Source: Nitrospirota bacterium (GTDB lineage: Bacteria; Nitrospirota; UBA9217). Taken from it: a stretch of 64,000 nucleotides of DNA. The DNA lies in the NCBI GenBank assembly GCA_029858565.1, contig JAOUEV010000006.1:1-64000 (forward strand). Reading direction: 5' to 3'. This document shows, piece after piece, positions 1 to 10,107 of this stretch. Under the pieces are notes generated by a model. It was not told the origin of the DNA. It made no database searches and saw only the letters and a program-made list of their open reading frames with translations. How positions within the stretch are numbered: position 1 is the first letter of the stretch; each line of letters opens with the position of its first letter. The position numbers and the translations under genes were made by a program.

Positions 1-4
1 CGGG

Positions 5-523
5 TTGCTGAGGATCGCGGCGGGCCACCGTGAAGTGATAGCAGGATTCGGCGCGCTTGCGGCGGTGCTGGGCCTGTTCCTGCTGCTCCTTCCTCCGGGA
101 GGAACAGCGCTGCCGCAGGATAGCAGGCATATCCTGTTCTACAGCCAGGACTGCAAGCACTGCGCGGAGATCAAAAAGGAGCTCGAAGCGGGAAAAGTGG
201 AGTTTGAACCGGTGCTGATCAAGGAATACTCGGCCACGCTCAGGCCCCTGGGCATCGAAGAAGTGCCGACCCTTCTCGTGACGGGCCCCTATGAAAAAAT
301 ATTCCTGACCGGGACCAAGGCTATCCGCCGGTATCTCGCGTCCTGCTCGGCCGAATCGGCCGTTGCCGCGGGAGCCAAAAAAAGGTCGCCCGCTGCCGCA
401 GCCCGGAATCAGCCGGCCGGGCAGCTTGACCTGCGGATCTTTGCGCCGGCCGGATCGCCGAACGATATCCTCAACCCCATTCCCGACGAGGGTCTCTGCA
501 AGGAAGATGTCAAGTGTGATTGA
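5..523 (+). CDS. Membrane-anchored thioredoxin/glutaredoxin-fold protein, probably 5'-truncated by the window edge
   Basis: Hydrophobic segment followed by FYSQDCKHC (CxxC) and the cis-Pro motif EEVPTLLV; frame is open at the window start. Confidence 0.6.
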   Translation: MLRIAAGHREVIAGFGALAAVLGLFLLLLPPGGTALPQDSRHILFYSQDCKHCAEIKKELEAGKVEFEPVLIKEYSATLRPLGIEEVPTLLVTGPYEKIFLTGTKAIRRYLASCSAESAVAAGAKKRSPAAAARNQPAGQLDLRIFAPAGSPNDILNPIPDEGLCKEDVKCD

Positions 524-719
524 CGGACCTCCCAGGTTGTTCAGCGGAAATACAGAAATTCAGCTATATTATGTACACTAGAAAACCCCGTCCGGTCCGA
601 GGGATTTCTCTATGCACCGAGGGCCTGTGTCCGCATGCCGGCTGCACGGACGCCGGTGAAGCCATGCCGGACGGCGCGACAGATCCGCGGGCCGAAAGGC
701 GCATGATGAGGAGGCTGCA

Positions 720-1601
720 ATGGAGCGAATTGATGACGACATGCTGCTCGATGAGCTTAGAAAACGGTTGGAGGAGAACAAGATCGCCTTATCGAATCTT
801 CGGTCAATGACGCAGACGCTCGAGTCCATGAACGAGAAGCTGCGCCAATCAGAGGCGCTCAAAAGCGATTTCCTCTCCAATATCCGGAATGAGATCATCA
901 ATCCGCTGACCGCCATTCTGGGCATTTCCCGGCAGGTTGCCGCCAGGAAAGCCGATGCTGCGGAGGCCGCAGAGATGGCCCAGACGATCTATGATGCGGC
1001 CTTTGAGCTCGACTTTCAGCTCCGGAACATCTTTGCCGCGGCGGAGCTCGAAGCCGGGGATGTCGATCGCAGCATAGCAAAGGTCGATGTGGCGGCGCTT
1101 GTGCATGGCCAGATCGAGGCCTTCCGTCACAAGGCTGCGGAAAAAAAGGTGACCATAGAGTTCTCCTGCGAGACCGAGCCCGGCCTGTCGTTCAAGACCG
1201 ATCCGGACAAGCTCCAGAAGATCGTTGCCAACCTGCTGGCGAACGCGATCGAGTTCAATCTGGAGGGCAAGCGCGTACTCGTCCGTCTCTGGATCGAGAA
1301 CAAGCGGCTGAACATTTCCTTCAGCGACGAGGGGCTCGGCATTCCCGAGGCGGACCGGAAAAAGGTCTTCGACCGGTTCGTTCAGCTCGACTCCGGCGTC
1401 AGCAAGCGGCACAAAGGGCATGGTCTTGGGCTGAGCATCACGAAGGCCTTGACCGAAATGCTGGAGGGAAGCGTATCGCTCACCAGCGGACAGGGGGCCG
1501 GATGCGTTTTTACCGTGTCCGTACCTGAGAGCGAGTCCGATCAGGATGTGACCTCCGGCAACGGCAATGAGTTCATCTTCGAGGGCGGGACCCAGTTCTG
1601 A
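720..1601 (+). CDS. Cytoplasmic sensorless histidine-kinase-like protein (coiled coil, HisKA, HATPase); H-box His replaced by Asn
   Basis: SDFLSNIRNEIINPL H-box, NLLANAIEFN N-box, DEGLGI, GHGLGLSI; RBS gaggagg. Confidence 0.85.
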   Translation: MERIDDDMLLDELRKRLEENKIALSNLRSMTQTLESMNEKLRQSEALKSDFLSNIRNEIINPLTAILGISRQVAARKADAAEAAEMAQTIYDAAFELDFQLRNIFAAAELEAGDVDRSIAKVDVAALVHGQIEAFRHKAAEKKVTIEFSCETEPGLSFKTDPDKLQKIVANLLANAIEFNLEGKRVLVRLWIENKRLNISFSDEGLGIPEADRKKVFDRFVQLDSGVSKRHKGHGLGLSITKALTEMLEGSVSLTSGQGAGCVFTVSVPESESDQDVTSGNGNEFIFEGGTQF

Positions 1602-1656
1602 TGGGGCGGGAAGGGAAGGCGCACTTCCGTGCGCGATCAATGAGGGACGTGCGTGC

Positions 1657-2148
1657 ATGACAGAAGGACGCGGGAACAATACGCATTATCTGCTGGCGGG
1701 AAGCCTTTTCGCCCATGAGGAGCCACATGTCGTTACGACCGTGCTCGGCTCCTGCGTGTCGGTCTGCCTGTGGGATTGTATGGCGCACCGGGGCGGCATC
1801 AATCATTACATGCTGCCGCTCTGGAACGGCGAAGGACTGGCATCGCCCAAGTACGGGAACATCGCCATCCTTAAGCTGATCGAACGTATGCGGGAGCTGG
1901 GATCGGAAAAACGCAACCTCCGGGCAAAGGTCTTCGGCGGCGGCGTGGTCCTGAACGTCACGAACTCGTTCATGAACATAGGTGAACGGAACATTCAGCT
2001 GGCCGACGACGTGCTCCGCAGTGAGAACATCCAGATCATCAGCGCGGACACCGGCGGTAATGTGGGCCGGAAGATCATCTTTAACACGGAATCGGGAACA
2101 GTCCTCGTTAAAAAGCTCATGAAGCAGATCGACGATATCCGTATCTGA
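1657..2148 (+). CDS. cheD: Chemoreceptor glutamine deamidase CheD
   Basis: TVLGSCVSVCLWD, GGINHYMLP, AKVFGG, NIGERN, DTGG motifs; start set at the ATG at 1657. Confidence 0.93.
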   Translation: MTEGRGNNTHYLLAGSLFAHEEPHVVTTVLGSCVSVCLWDCMAHRGGINHYMLPLWNGEGLASPKYGNIAILKLIERMRELGSEKRNLRAKVFGGGVVLNVTNSFMNIGERNIQLADDVLRSENIQIISADTGGNVGRKIIFNTESGTVLVKKLMKQIDDIRI

Positions 2149-2247
2149 TCCCTCCCCCGGCATCGCGGCAAAATTCAGCTCATTGTCCCCACTGAAGCCG
2201 TCCTTTCCCTGTTGTTCGATAACTCCGCTGAATTTCAGGCAAATTTC

Positions 2248-2277
2248 TTGACTTTTCCGAATTGGCCGTGCTATTAT
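2248..2277 (+). promoter_or_regulatory. Putative sigma70 promoter of the chemosensory operon
   Basis: TTGACT-N18-TATTAT with TG extension upstream of the ATG at 2309. Confidence 0.5.
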
Positions 2278-2308
2278 CATGCTGCTGTTGAGTCATGGGG
2301 AACAGGTG

Positions 2309-3610
2309 ATGGCAGGCGAGAAGATCCTGAACATAGACGATAGCCCGACGGTCCAGCGGCTCATCGAGATGATCCTTGCGAGCCAGGGGTACAAGGTCGT
2401 GCTTGCGTCCGATGGCGAGGAAGGCATTGCCAAGGCGAAATCGGAGCGGCCCGAGCTGATCCTTGTGGATTTTGTCATGCCCAAAATGAATGGGTATCAG
2501 GTCTGCAAGACGCTGAAGGACGATCCCGAGTTCCGCGACACGCCGATCATCCTGGTCACGTCCAAGGGCGACAAGGTCGGCAGCAAATTCGTCGATACCC
2601 TCGGCATCACCGAGTATTTCACCAAACCCTTCCAGCCCGAGGAATTGCTGAGCAAGATCCGGGAGGTCCTCGACAAGAAGGCCGAGGAAGCTGCCGCAGC
2701 CCGCGCTGCCATGGCGGCGAAAGCGCGGTCTGCGCCCGCCGCGGCCCCGGCCGCGGCCGCACCGCAGGGTCTCGAGGCCATGATCGCGAATATCGTCCGC
2801 AAGGCGCTTGATGAGTTCGCGGCAACAACGCTTCCCGCCTTGATCAGACAGGAACTCGGCAGGGGCGGCGCCGGAGAAGACACGGGAGTTCCTGCGCCCG
2901 GCGGCATCCGCGGGAACCTTGCCGCTTTTCGCATCATCGAGCTCATGCAGATGCTCGCGCTTCAGCGCCACACCGGAAGGCTGGTCATCACACGGAAGGA
3001 AGGGCGGGCCGAGATCTTCTTCAAGGAAGGCGCTGTCGCATTCGCAGGCAGCACGCTGAACGGCAGCCTGCCCGGAGTGGACGGTCTTCTGCGAAAGACC
3101 TGCCGCGTTGACGAGGATGGATTGCAGCACGCTCTCCGGATCGCAGGAATGACCGGCCAGCCGATCGATGGTGTGCTTGCCCAGGAACGACTGATGGACC
3201 AGAAGGCCTTTGCCTCATGTCTCCGGCGGCACACGGAGGCGGTCGTATTCAAGGCAATGGCGTGGACCGAGGGTGACTTTGTGTTCGACCGCGAAGCGCC
3301 CCCGGTCTTTGCGAACCCCGTTGCGATCAAGGTTGACGATCTGATCCTCGAGGGCACTCGCCGGGCTGACGAGTGGATCCTGATACAGCAAAAAATCCCG
3401 AATTTATCCGTGGTGTTCGAGCCGCTCATCGGAAACGCCGAGGAGTTGACCCGCAGGGGTCTGAGCGCGGCTGACCTGAAAGTGTTTTCCATGGTGGACG
3501 GCCGTCGGTCAGTGCAGGATATTGTGGATGTTGCCATGATGGCGGATTTCGAGGTTGCCAAGAGCCTGTTCATTCTGCTGTCGGTCGGATTGATACGCAA
3601 GAAAAAATAG
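2309..3610 (+). CDS. Response regulator with DUF4388 (PatA-N-like) domain and C-terminal wHTH-like region
   Basis: N-terminal REC (IDDS, LVDFVMP, TKPF); GNLAAFRIIELMQMLALQRHTGRL and AMAWTEGDFVF typical of DUF4388. Confidence 0.85.
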   Translation: MAGEKILNIDDSPTVQRLIEMILASQGYKVVLASDGEEGIAKAKSERPELILVDFVMPKMNGYQVCKTLKDDPEFRDTPIILVTSKGDKVGSKFVDTLGITEYFTKPFQPEELLSKIREVLDKKAEEAAAARAAMAAKARSAPAAAPAAAAPQGLEAMIANIVRKALDEFAATTLPALIRQELGRGGAGEDTGVPAPGGIRGNLAAFRIIELMQMLALQRHTGRLVITRKEGRAEIFFKEGAVAFAGSTLNGSLPGVDGLLRKTCRVDEDGLQHALRIAGMTGQPIDGVLAQERLMDQKAFASCLRRHTEAVVFKAMAWTEGDFVFDREAPPVFANPVAIKVDDLILEGTRRADEWILIQQKIPNLSVVFEPLIGNAEELTRRGLSAADLKVFSMVDGRRSVQDIVDVAMMADFEVAKSLFILLSVGLIRKKK

Positions 3611-3651
3611 GATTCGAGAGTCTGCAACCCTGCGATAAAACGAAAGAAAAC

Positions 3652-3680
3652 TTGACAATACCAACAAAAAGTGTTACCCT
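3652..3680 (+). promoter_or_regulatory. Putative sigma70 promoter
   Basis: TTGACA-N17-TACCCT with TGn extension, upstream of the RBS and ATG at 3715. Confidence 0.55.
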
Positions 3681-3714
3681 GATTTTTATCGTGTGACACG
3701 TAAAGGAGAGGAAA

Positions 3715-4074
3715 ATGGCAAAGATACTCGTAGCAGATGACAGCCTGGCAGAGTTGCAGATCATTCAACAGACGCTCCAGTCGACAGGACACTCCATTGT
3801 CACGGTCATGGACGGAGAGGCGGCGGAGGCGAAGGCCAAGTCTGAGAAGTTCGATCTGATCATCCTTGACGTGATCATGCCGAAGAAGAACGGTTTTCAG
3901 GTCTGCCGCGAGATCAAGACCAATGACTCGACCAAGAACATCCCGGTCATTATGGTCACCTCGAAGGACCAGGAAAGCGACAAGTTCTGGGGAATGAAAC
4001 AGGGCGCGGACGAATATCTTACCAAGCCGTTCAAGCCGGAAGACCTGCTGAAGACCGTCAAGAAGTACATCTAA
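3715..4074 (+). CDS. Single-domain response regulator, PilH-like
   Basis: ILVADDS, LDVIMP, KDQESDKFWGMKQGADEYLTKPF, closely matching the PilH pattern. Confidence 0.88.
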   Translation: MAKILVADDSLAELQIIQQTLQSTGHSIVTVMDGEAAEAKAKSEKFDLIILDVIMPKKNGFQVCREIKTNDSTKNIPVIMVTSKDQESDKFWGMKQGADEYLTKPFKPEDLLKTVKKYI

Positions 4075-4103
4075 CGCCGGGATCCCCCCTGGAGGGAGGC
4101 TGT

Positions 4104-4604
4104 TTGGCCGATTTCGACACCGACGTCACCGCAGATGTGGTGCACCATGCGACTGCTGAGGAGGAAGTACGGGTCTGCCTCTTCGGCATCAGCGGGGACA
4201 CCTACGCCGTGACGGTCGATATCCTCGTCGAGATCATCATTCCTCAGAAGATCTTCCCAGTTCCTACTACACCACCCCACGTGATCGGCGTCATCAGCCT
4301 GCGCGGCAACATCGTCCCCATTGTCGATATCCGGCCGGCGCTCTCGCTGCCGCCCGCGACCGGGATCACGCAGGTCGCTATCATGCGCATCGGATCCACA
4401 ACGATCGGCATCGTCGTTGACGCCGTGTCGGAGGTCGTTGCGATCCCCCTGAGCAATATTCTTCCGCTTCCCTCCGAGCTTTCGGTGCAGGATGCCGCGT
4501 CGAAGAGCAGGAGCCGCTACCTGAAGGCGATCATTCAGCGGAAGAACGGTGTGGCGGCATTGCTGAACATCGATCGTCTGCTGGAAGCCATTTCACTTTC
4601 GTAG
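4104..4604 (+). CDS. cheW: CheW adaptor (PilI-like)
   Basis: PVPTTPPHVIGVISLRGNIVPIVD, GIVVDAVSEV; TTG start after ggagggagg. Confidence 0.9.
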   Translation: MADFDTDVTADVVHHATAEEEVRVCLFGISGDTYAVTVDILVEIIIPQKIFPVPTTPPHVIGVISLRGNIVPIVDIRPALSLPPATGITQVAIMRIGSTTIGIVVDAVSEVVAIPLSNILPLPSELSVQDAASKSRSRYLKAIIQRKNGVAALLNIDRLLEAISLS

Positions 4605-4658
4605 GCACGGAGCCGCACGGCGGCTGCGTGAAGATATTTTGCACAAAGGAGTTCGTCC

Positions 4659-6548
4659 ATGAAGATCGTTGACGGTATTCTGAATGCGCTTTTCCTGCGC
4701 CGGGTCAGCATCAGAACGAAGGTCGTGTTCATGATCGTGATGATGTCGGCAGTCTTCGGGTCCGGCATTCTCGGCTTCATCTACTATCAGCTCCAGAACA
4801 CGCTCAAGGACGAGTCGCTGAACAAGGCGCTGATCCTTGCCGACGGACTTTCCGTCAAGGCGGCGGAGCCGGTGCAGGTGGAGGACCTGAACGCCCTCCA
4901 GTTCATCCTGGGCGAGGCGATCGGACAGTCCGACGTGGCCTACGCGTTCATCCGCGACGGGAGGGGGAAGATCCTTTCCTCGTCCTTCGAGGGCAATATG
5001 GTTCCCCCGGCGCTGGCAAACATCAACCGGCTGGCGCCGAACGTTCCCTTCGGAACCGAGAACACCGAGCTTGCCATCAAGGACATGATCATCGAGGTCA
5101 CGGACATCGCCTCGCCGATCGGCGGCGGCGCTCTCGGGTCGATCCATATCGGCCTGAACATCACGCAGATCAAGCATAATATCCGGAATCTGCTCCTGAC
5201 GATCCTCTACGTCGGGGCCGGCGGTCTCGTTATCCTGTCCATTGTGACGATCATCATGGTTGCCATCATCATCGCGCCGGTTAAGGACCTGATGCGGGTC
5301 GCTGAAGCGGTGGGCCGCGGCGATTTGTCCGTCAAGGCCACGGTCAAGACCAGCGACGAACTGGGCCAGCTGGGACAGACCCTCAACAATACGATCGACC
5401 GTCTCCAGGGCCTGGTCCAGACCGAATCCGACCGGGACAAGATGCAGCACCAGGTCATGGACCTGCTGTCCATCGTGAGCGGCGCGGCCGAGGGCGACCT
5501 GACGGTCAAGGCTGAAGTGACCGCCGACGCGCTGGGATCGGTGGCCGACGCGTTCAATCTCATGATCACCGGTCTGACGAGCCTGGTCACCCAGGCGTTC
5601 AACGTGGCCCACGAGATCCAGACGTCGACGACGGATATTCTCCGGGCTTCGGAGCGCATGCGCAAGGGCGCCGAGCAGCAGACATCGCAGATCTCCACCG
5701 CCGTGCACGCCGTGAACGACATGTCCCACACGATCGCGCGCATGGCCGAGAACGCCGAAGCCGCGACCCAGACGTCCCTCAAGGCGACCCAGGCGGCAGT
5801 CAAGGGCGGAACCTCGGTGTCCGAAACGATCAAGGGCATGCAGCGCATCCGCGCGGCGGTGCAGACCACCGGGAAAAAGATCAAAGGCCTGGGCGAACGG
5901 TCCCTCGAGATCGGCGCCATCATCGAAGTGATCAACGAGATCGCGACCCAGACGAACCTGCTGGCGCTCAACGCCGCGATCGAGGCCGCCCGCGCCGGAG
6001 AGCAGGGCAAGGGTTTCGCGGTCGTTGCCGACGAAGTCCGGAAGCTCGCGGAACGCGCCGCCCGCGCGACCAAGGACATCACGAGCCTCATCAAGGGCAT
6101 TCAGGTTGAAACGAGCGAGGCCGTGACGGTTATGGAAGAAGGTACCCGCGAAGTGGAGGAAGGTACGAAGCTTGCCGACCAGGCCGGCGCAGCGCTCCGC
6201 GAGATCGAACAGATCGTTAAACAGACATCGACGCTGGTGACGGAGATTACGAAGGCGGCCAATGACCAGGTGAAGGTGTCCGAAAGCGTCGTGCACTCCA
6301 TGGACGATATTTCCAAGCTGACCCAGGAAACGACGGTCGGCGTGCGCGACACCGTGGAGACCATCAGCAGGCTGGCGGACCTGTCCACGCGGCTCGCCGA
6401 CGCTATCGGCCGGTTCAAACTGGGCGGGGAACAACATCCGCTGGCGGCACAGTCCGGCGAGCTTCCGGCGCTTGAAGGCGGTTATCCGCAGCTGGCGGCG
6501 GATGTCACGACAAGTGATGAGGAGATCAAGCTCGGTTTCATTGAATAG
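4659..6548 (+). CDS. Methyl-accepting chemotaxis protein (PilJ-like)
   Basis: Two TM segments, HAMP domains, [36 protein letters not shown] hairpin. Confidence 0.95.
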   Translation: MKIVDGILNALFLRRVSIRTKVVFMIVMMSAVFGSGILGFIYYQLQNTLKDESLNKALILADGLSVKAAEPVQVEDLNALQFILGEAIGQSDVAYAFIRDGRGKILSSSFEGNMVPPALANINRLAPNVPFGTENTELAIKDMIIEVTDIASPIGGGALGSIHIGLNITQIKHNIRNLLLTILYVGAGGLVILSIVTIIMVAIIIAPVKDLMRVAEAVGRGDLSVKATVKTSDELGQLGQTLNNTIDRLQGLVQTESDRDKMQHQVMDLLSIVSGAAEGDLTVKAEVTADALGSVADAFNLMITGLTSLVTQAFNVAHEIQTSTTDILRASERMRKGAEQQTSQISTAVHAVNDMSHTIARMAENAEAATQTSLKATQAAVKGGTSVSETIKGMQRIRAAVQTTGKKIKGLGERSLEIGAIIEVINEIATQTNLLALNAAIEAARAGEQGKGFAVVADEVRKLAERAARATKDITSLIKGIQVETSEAVTVMEEGTREVEEGTKLADQAGAALREIEQIVKQTSTLVTEITKAANDQVKVSESVVHSMDDISKLTQETTVGVRDTVETISRLADLSTRLADAIGRFKLGGEQHPLAAQSGELPALEGGYPQLAADVTTSDEEIKLGFIE

Positions 6549-6553
6549 CGTCT

Positions 6554-9235
6554 ATGGCGGGCTCATTGGATAAATCCGGCATCATCGAGTTCTTCCTGGT
6601 CGAGGCGGGAGAACACCTGCAGAACCTGAACTCGGGCCTGCTTGCCCTTGAAAAGGACCCCTCGAGCCGCGAAGTGATCGATGAGCTCTTCCGGGCCGCG
6701 CACACGCTCAAGGGCTCCGCGGCCATGATGGGTTTTCAGGGCGTAAGCGATGTGGGACACAAGGCCGAGGATATGCTCGGACTGTTCCGCTCGGGCTCCA
6801 TCCCCATATCGCGCGACACGCTGAACTTCCTCTTCGACAGCGTAGACGCGATAAAGCTCCTTGTGGACGGTATCGCGTCTAAAACGCCTGAAGATCCGCT
6901 CATTGTCGAGACCATAGCGCAGTCGTTCAAGACCATCGTCGACGCGGCAAAGGGCGCTCCGGCCGAGGCTCCTGCAAAGCCGGCAACCAAGCAGCCGGCC
7001 GCTCCCGCACCTCCCGCACCGGCTGCTGCCGTTCCCGAGCCCGCCCCTGCAGCGCCGAAACCGCCAACTGCGGAAAAGACACCTGCCAAACCGGTCAACC
7101 TCCCGTCGAGGGAGGAGCTTGATGATGCCTGGGAAAAGGCTTTTGCCGAGGAGAGCGAGACGCTGAAGCAGGCGCCGCCGTTTCCGGCGAAGTCCGCGCA
7201 AACCGAGCCTGCGCCACAGCGCACGCCGGCTGCCAATCCCCCTGCTGCGCCTCAGCCGGTTGCCGTGCCAACACCTCCGACCCCCGAGTCGCTCCGGCAG
7301 GAGATCGAGGAAGCCAAAAAGACAGGGGTCGTCGAGAAGCGCGGAGTGGGCAGACGCGCGACCGATGCGCCAGACGTCGAAAAGCAGTTCATCCGCGTGA
7401 ACATCGAACGCCTCGACAATCTGATGAACCTCGTGGGCGAGATGGTCGTGAACAGGAACAAGCTCTCGAAACAGGTGGATGCCATCAAGTCGTTGCGCGA
7501 TGAGCTTGTCTTCAGTCAGAACCGGCTGCTGTTCGAGATCAGGAACTTCGAGGAGAAATACGAATATACGCTGAACACCCAGACCCCGGCGCCCTCGGCC
7601 GTGCCCGCGCCGGGACAGGCAGGAGATTTCTTCGAGCTTGAGTTCGATCGCTATGACGACTTCAACCTGCTGTCCCGGAAGCTCATGGAGATCACGAACG
7701 ACACCAACGAAGTGATGATGGAGCTTGCCGGGCTGTTCGACTCCTTCGAGCTCGATACCGCGCGCATCTCCACGATCACCTCGAACCTCCAGGATGAGAT
7801 CACCCAGGCGCGCATGGTCGAGATGGACCGGCTGTTCCAGCTGTTCCAGCGGCCGGTCCGGGACCTGGCCCAGTCGGAGAACAAGCGCATTAACCTGGTG
7901 GTGACCGGCGGCGAGACAAAAATAGACAAGACGATCTTCGAGATCATCTCCGATCCCCTGATGCACATGGTCCGGAACGCGATCTCCCACGGCATCGAGC
8001 CGGAGGATGAACGTGTTCGCCGGGGAAAGGAACCGGTGGGCTCCCTGATCCTCTCCGCGCGGCATGACGGCAGCAGTATCGTGCTCCAGATCGAGGACGA
8101 CGGCAAGGGCATGGACCCGGAACAGCTGCGAAATGCCGCGGTCGAGAAGGGTTTCCTGTCACAGGGAGAGGCTAAAGGGCTGTCCGACGCAGAAGCGCTG
8201 AACCTGATCTTCCGGGCGGGATTTTCCACAGCTGCGAGCGTCGGGAAGGTTTCCGGCAGGGGCGTCGGCATGGACGTGGTCACCACCCAGCTGGGAAAGA
8301 TCAACGGACGGATCGAGATCAAGACCGAACGGGGTGTCGGCACCCGATTCATCATCAAGCTGCCGCTTACCCTTGCGATCGCCCAGGCGCTGATCATCAA
8401 GATGAAGGACCAGGAGGTCGCTGTCCCCATGAACCTCGTCGAGGAAACGACGCGGTTCTCGGAAAAGGACATTCAGCACACGGCCGGCGAGGAGATGGTG
8501 AATCTCCGCGGCACGCTCATGCGGCTGGTCCGGCTGAACACCCTGCTCGGCGCCGGCAAGCTCCCGAAGCGGGAGGAGGATTACCGGTATCCGACGCTGG
8601 TGCTCGTGATGGCGGAAAAGCGCCTGGCGCTGATGGTCGAGGACATTGTGGGCCGCGAGGAGATCGTGGTCAAGACCGTTGGGGACTTTCTCAGGAATGT
8701 GCGCATGTTCTCCGGCGCGACCATTTCGGGGGAGGGTGATGTCCGCCTGATCCTGAACATATCGCACCTGTTCGGCGAAGAGACGGTCAGCACCAAAACG
8801 AGCTTTGTCGGCACCAAGGAAGGCATTGCCGCGGACATCCCGAGGCGGAAGCCGCGGGTCCTTGTTGTCGATGACTCCATCAGCATCCGCAAATATGTTC
8901 AGCGTTTCCTCGACCGCAGCGGATATGAGGTCGAGACCGCAACCGACGGCATGAACGCTCTTGAGGTCCTGGGCAAGGCAAAGTTCGACGCCGTGATCAC
9001 CGACCTTGAGATGCCCGTCATGCACGGGTACGACCTGATCGCTGAAATGAAACGCAATCCTGTGTTCATGGTGATCCCGATCATCGTGCTTACCTCGCGG
9101 GCCGGCGACAAGCACCGGCAGAAGGCCATAGAAATGGGTGCGCAGGATTATCTGGTAAAACCGTTCGAAGAGCAGGAAATGATCGAAGCGCTGAGAAAGC
9201 TGTTGAGCGGGGCCGCCGTGGCGGCTCGCGCGTAG
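6554..9235 (+). CDS. cheA: Hybrid CheA kinase (Hpt, Pro/Ala linker, dimerisation, HATPase, CheW, REC), ChpA/PilL-like
   Basis: FRAAHTLKGSA, HMVRNAISHGIE, SGRGVGMDVV, C-terminal REC VVDDSISIR...TDLEMP. Confidence 0.95.
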   Translation: MAGSLDKSGIIEFFLVEAGEHLQNLNSGLLALEKDPSSREVIDELFRAAHTLKGSAAMMGFQGVSDVGHKAEDMLGLFRSGSIPISRDTLNFLFDSVDAIKLLVDGIASKTPEDPLIVETIAQSFKTIVDAAKGAPAEAPAKPATKQPAAPAPPAPAAAVPEPAPAAPKPPTAEKTPAKPVNLPSREELDDAWEKAFAEESETLKQAPPFPAKSAQTEPAPQRTPAANPPAAPQPVAVPTPPTPESLRQEIEEAKKTGVVEKRGVGRRATDAPDVEKQFIRVNIERLDNLMNLVGEMVVNRNKLSKQVDAIKSLRDELVFSQNRLLFEIRNFEEKYEYTLNTQTPAPSAVPAPGQAGDFFELEFDRYDDFNLLSRKLMEITNDTNEVMMELAGLFDSFELDTARISTITSNLQDEITQARMVEMDRLFQLFQRPVRDLAQSENKRINLVVTGGETKIDKTIFEIISDPLMHMVRNAISHGIEPEDERVRRGKEPVGSLILSARHDGSSIVLQIEDDGKGMDPEQLRNAAVEKGFLSQGEAKGLSDAEALNLIFRAGFSTAASVGKVSGRGVGMDVVTTQLGKINGRIEIKTERGVGTRFIIKLPLTLAIAQALIIKMKDQEVAVPMNLVEETTRFSEKDIQHTAGEEMVNLRGTLMRLVRLNTLLGAGKLPKREEDYRYPTLVLVMAEKRLALMVEDIVGREEIVVKTVGDFLRNVRMFSGATISGEGDVRLILNISHLFGEETVSTKTSFVGTKEGIAADIPRRKPRVLVVDDSISIRKYVQRFLDRSGYEVETATDGMNALEVLGKAKFDAVITDLEMPVMHGYDLIAEMKRNPVFMVIPIIVLTSRAGDKHRQKAIEMGAQDYLVKPFEEQEMIEALRKLLSGAAVAARA

Positions 9236-9250
9236 CGCGCCGGACCCGGT

Positions 9251-9661
9251 ATGGCCGAATCGACCCGATATCTCATAATGACCCTCGAGGAGGAGAGCTT
9301 TGCGATACCGATCACGAGCTTGCTCGAGATCGCCGTACCGCGGGCCATCCAGCGGGATGCGAAACTGTCCGAGATCTTCGAGGGGAAGATAGACTACCGG
9401 GGCAAGCTGATCCCGGTGGTGAATCTGAAAAAGATCCTGAAGCTGCCCGGAGCCGTCGGGGGCTCCATGATCGTCACGAAATGCGGCAAGGGCGTGGTCG
9501 CTCTCCTGGTGGACAGCGCCAAGGAGCTGCTGGAGACCCGGGAGGCCCCTGTCCCGCTTCCTCCGGGGGTCATCAATTCGAGCCTCGGCTACTACGCCGG
9601 GGTGCTGAGGAACCGTGATGAGCTGGTCCTGCTGCTGAACGAGGATGGATTGCTGCCATGA
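9251..9661 (+). CDS. cheW: CheW-domain protein
   Basis: FEGKIDYRGKLIPVVNL, ALLVDS. Confidence 0.8.
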   Translation: MAESTRYLIMTLEEESFAIPITSLLEIAVPRAIQRDAKLSEIFEGKIDYRGKLIPVVNLKKILKLPGAVGGSMIVTKCGKGVVALLVDSAKELLETREAPVPLPPGVINSSLGYYAGVLRNRDELVLLLNEDGLLP

Positions 9662-10107
9662 CGAACAATTATCTCTTGTTTCGTCTTGGTGACCGTCTTT
9701 TCGGCATTTCGATGGAAGGCGCCCTGGAGATCCTTCCGTGGCGGAAGTCGCGGATGGTCCCGCTCGCCTATTCTTATATTGAGGGTTTGCTCGACTACCG
9801 CGGGACCATCTATCCGGTGTTCCAGCTGGCGTTGCTCCTGGGGCTGTCCCGGCCAGGCCCGATCGGCTTTACTGCGCCCGACCCCATGCAACCGTTGAAG
9901 GACAGGAGCATAGTCCTTCTCCGGGAGGGTGACCGGCGTTTCGGCATCACCGTGGACAGTGTTGTGAAGATGGCGAGGCTGGAACATCCCGACGATCAGA
10001 CCTCTGATATCAAGGGCATCCAGCCGCATCTGATCCTTGGCCGCAGTTTCGACGAGGACCAGGAAATCATTCTGCTCCGATTTGAAAGGTTATTCCATGC
10101 CGGCTAA
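9658..10107 (+). CDS. cheW: CheW-domain protein
   Basis: VPLAYSYIEGLLDYRGTIYPV, FGITVDSV; ATGA overlap with the previous gene. Confidence 0.82.
   Translation: MTNNYLLFRLGDRLFGISMEGALEILPWRKSRMVPLAYSYIEGLLDYRGTIYPVFQLALLLGLSRPGPIGFTAPDPMQPLKDRSIVLLREGDRRFGITVDSVVKMARLEHPDDQTSDIKGIQPHLILGRSFDEDQEIILLRFERLFHAG

Noticed and set aside
4593-6437. Long antisense ORFs (also 6563-8065, 23266-25725 and others)
   Set aside because: Shadows of GC-rich coding genes on the opposite strand, with no recognisable motifs
6950-7290. Pro/Ala-rich low-complexity stretches in CheA (and in RomR at about 10460-10800)
   Set aside because: Ordinary flexible linkers for these families
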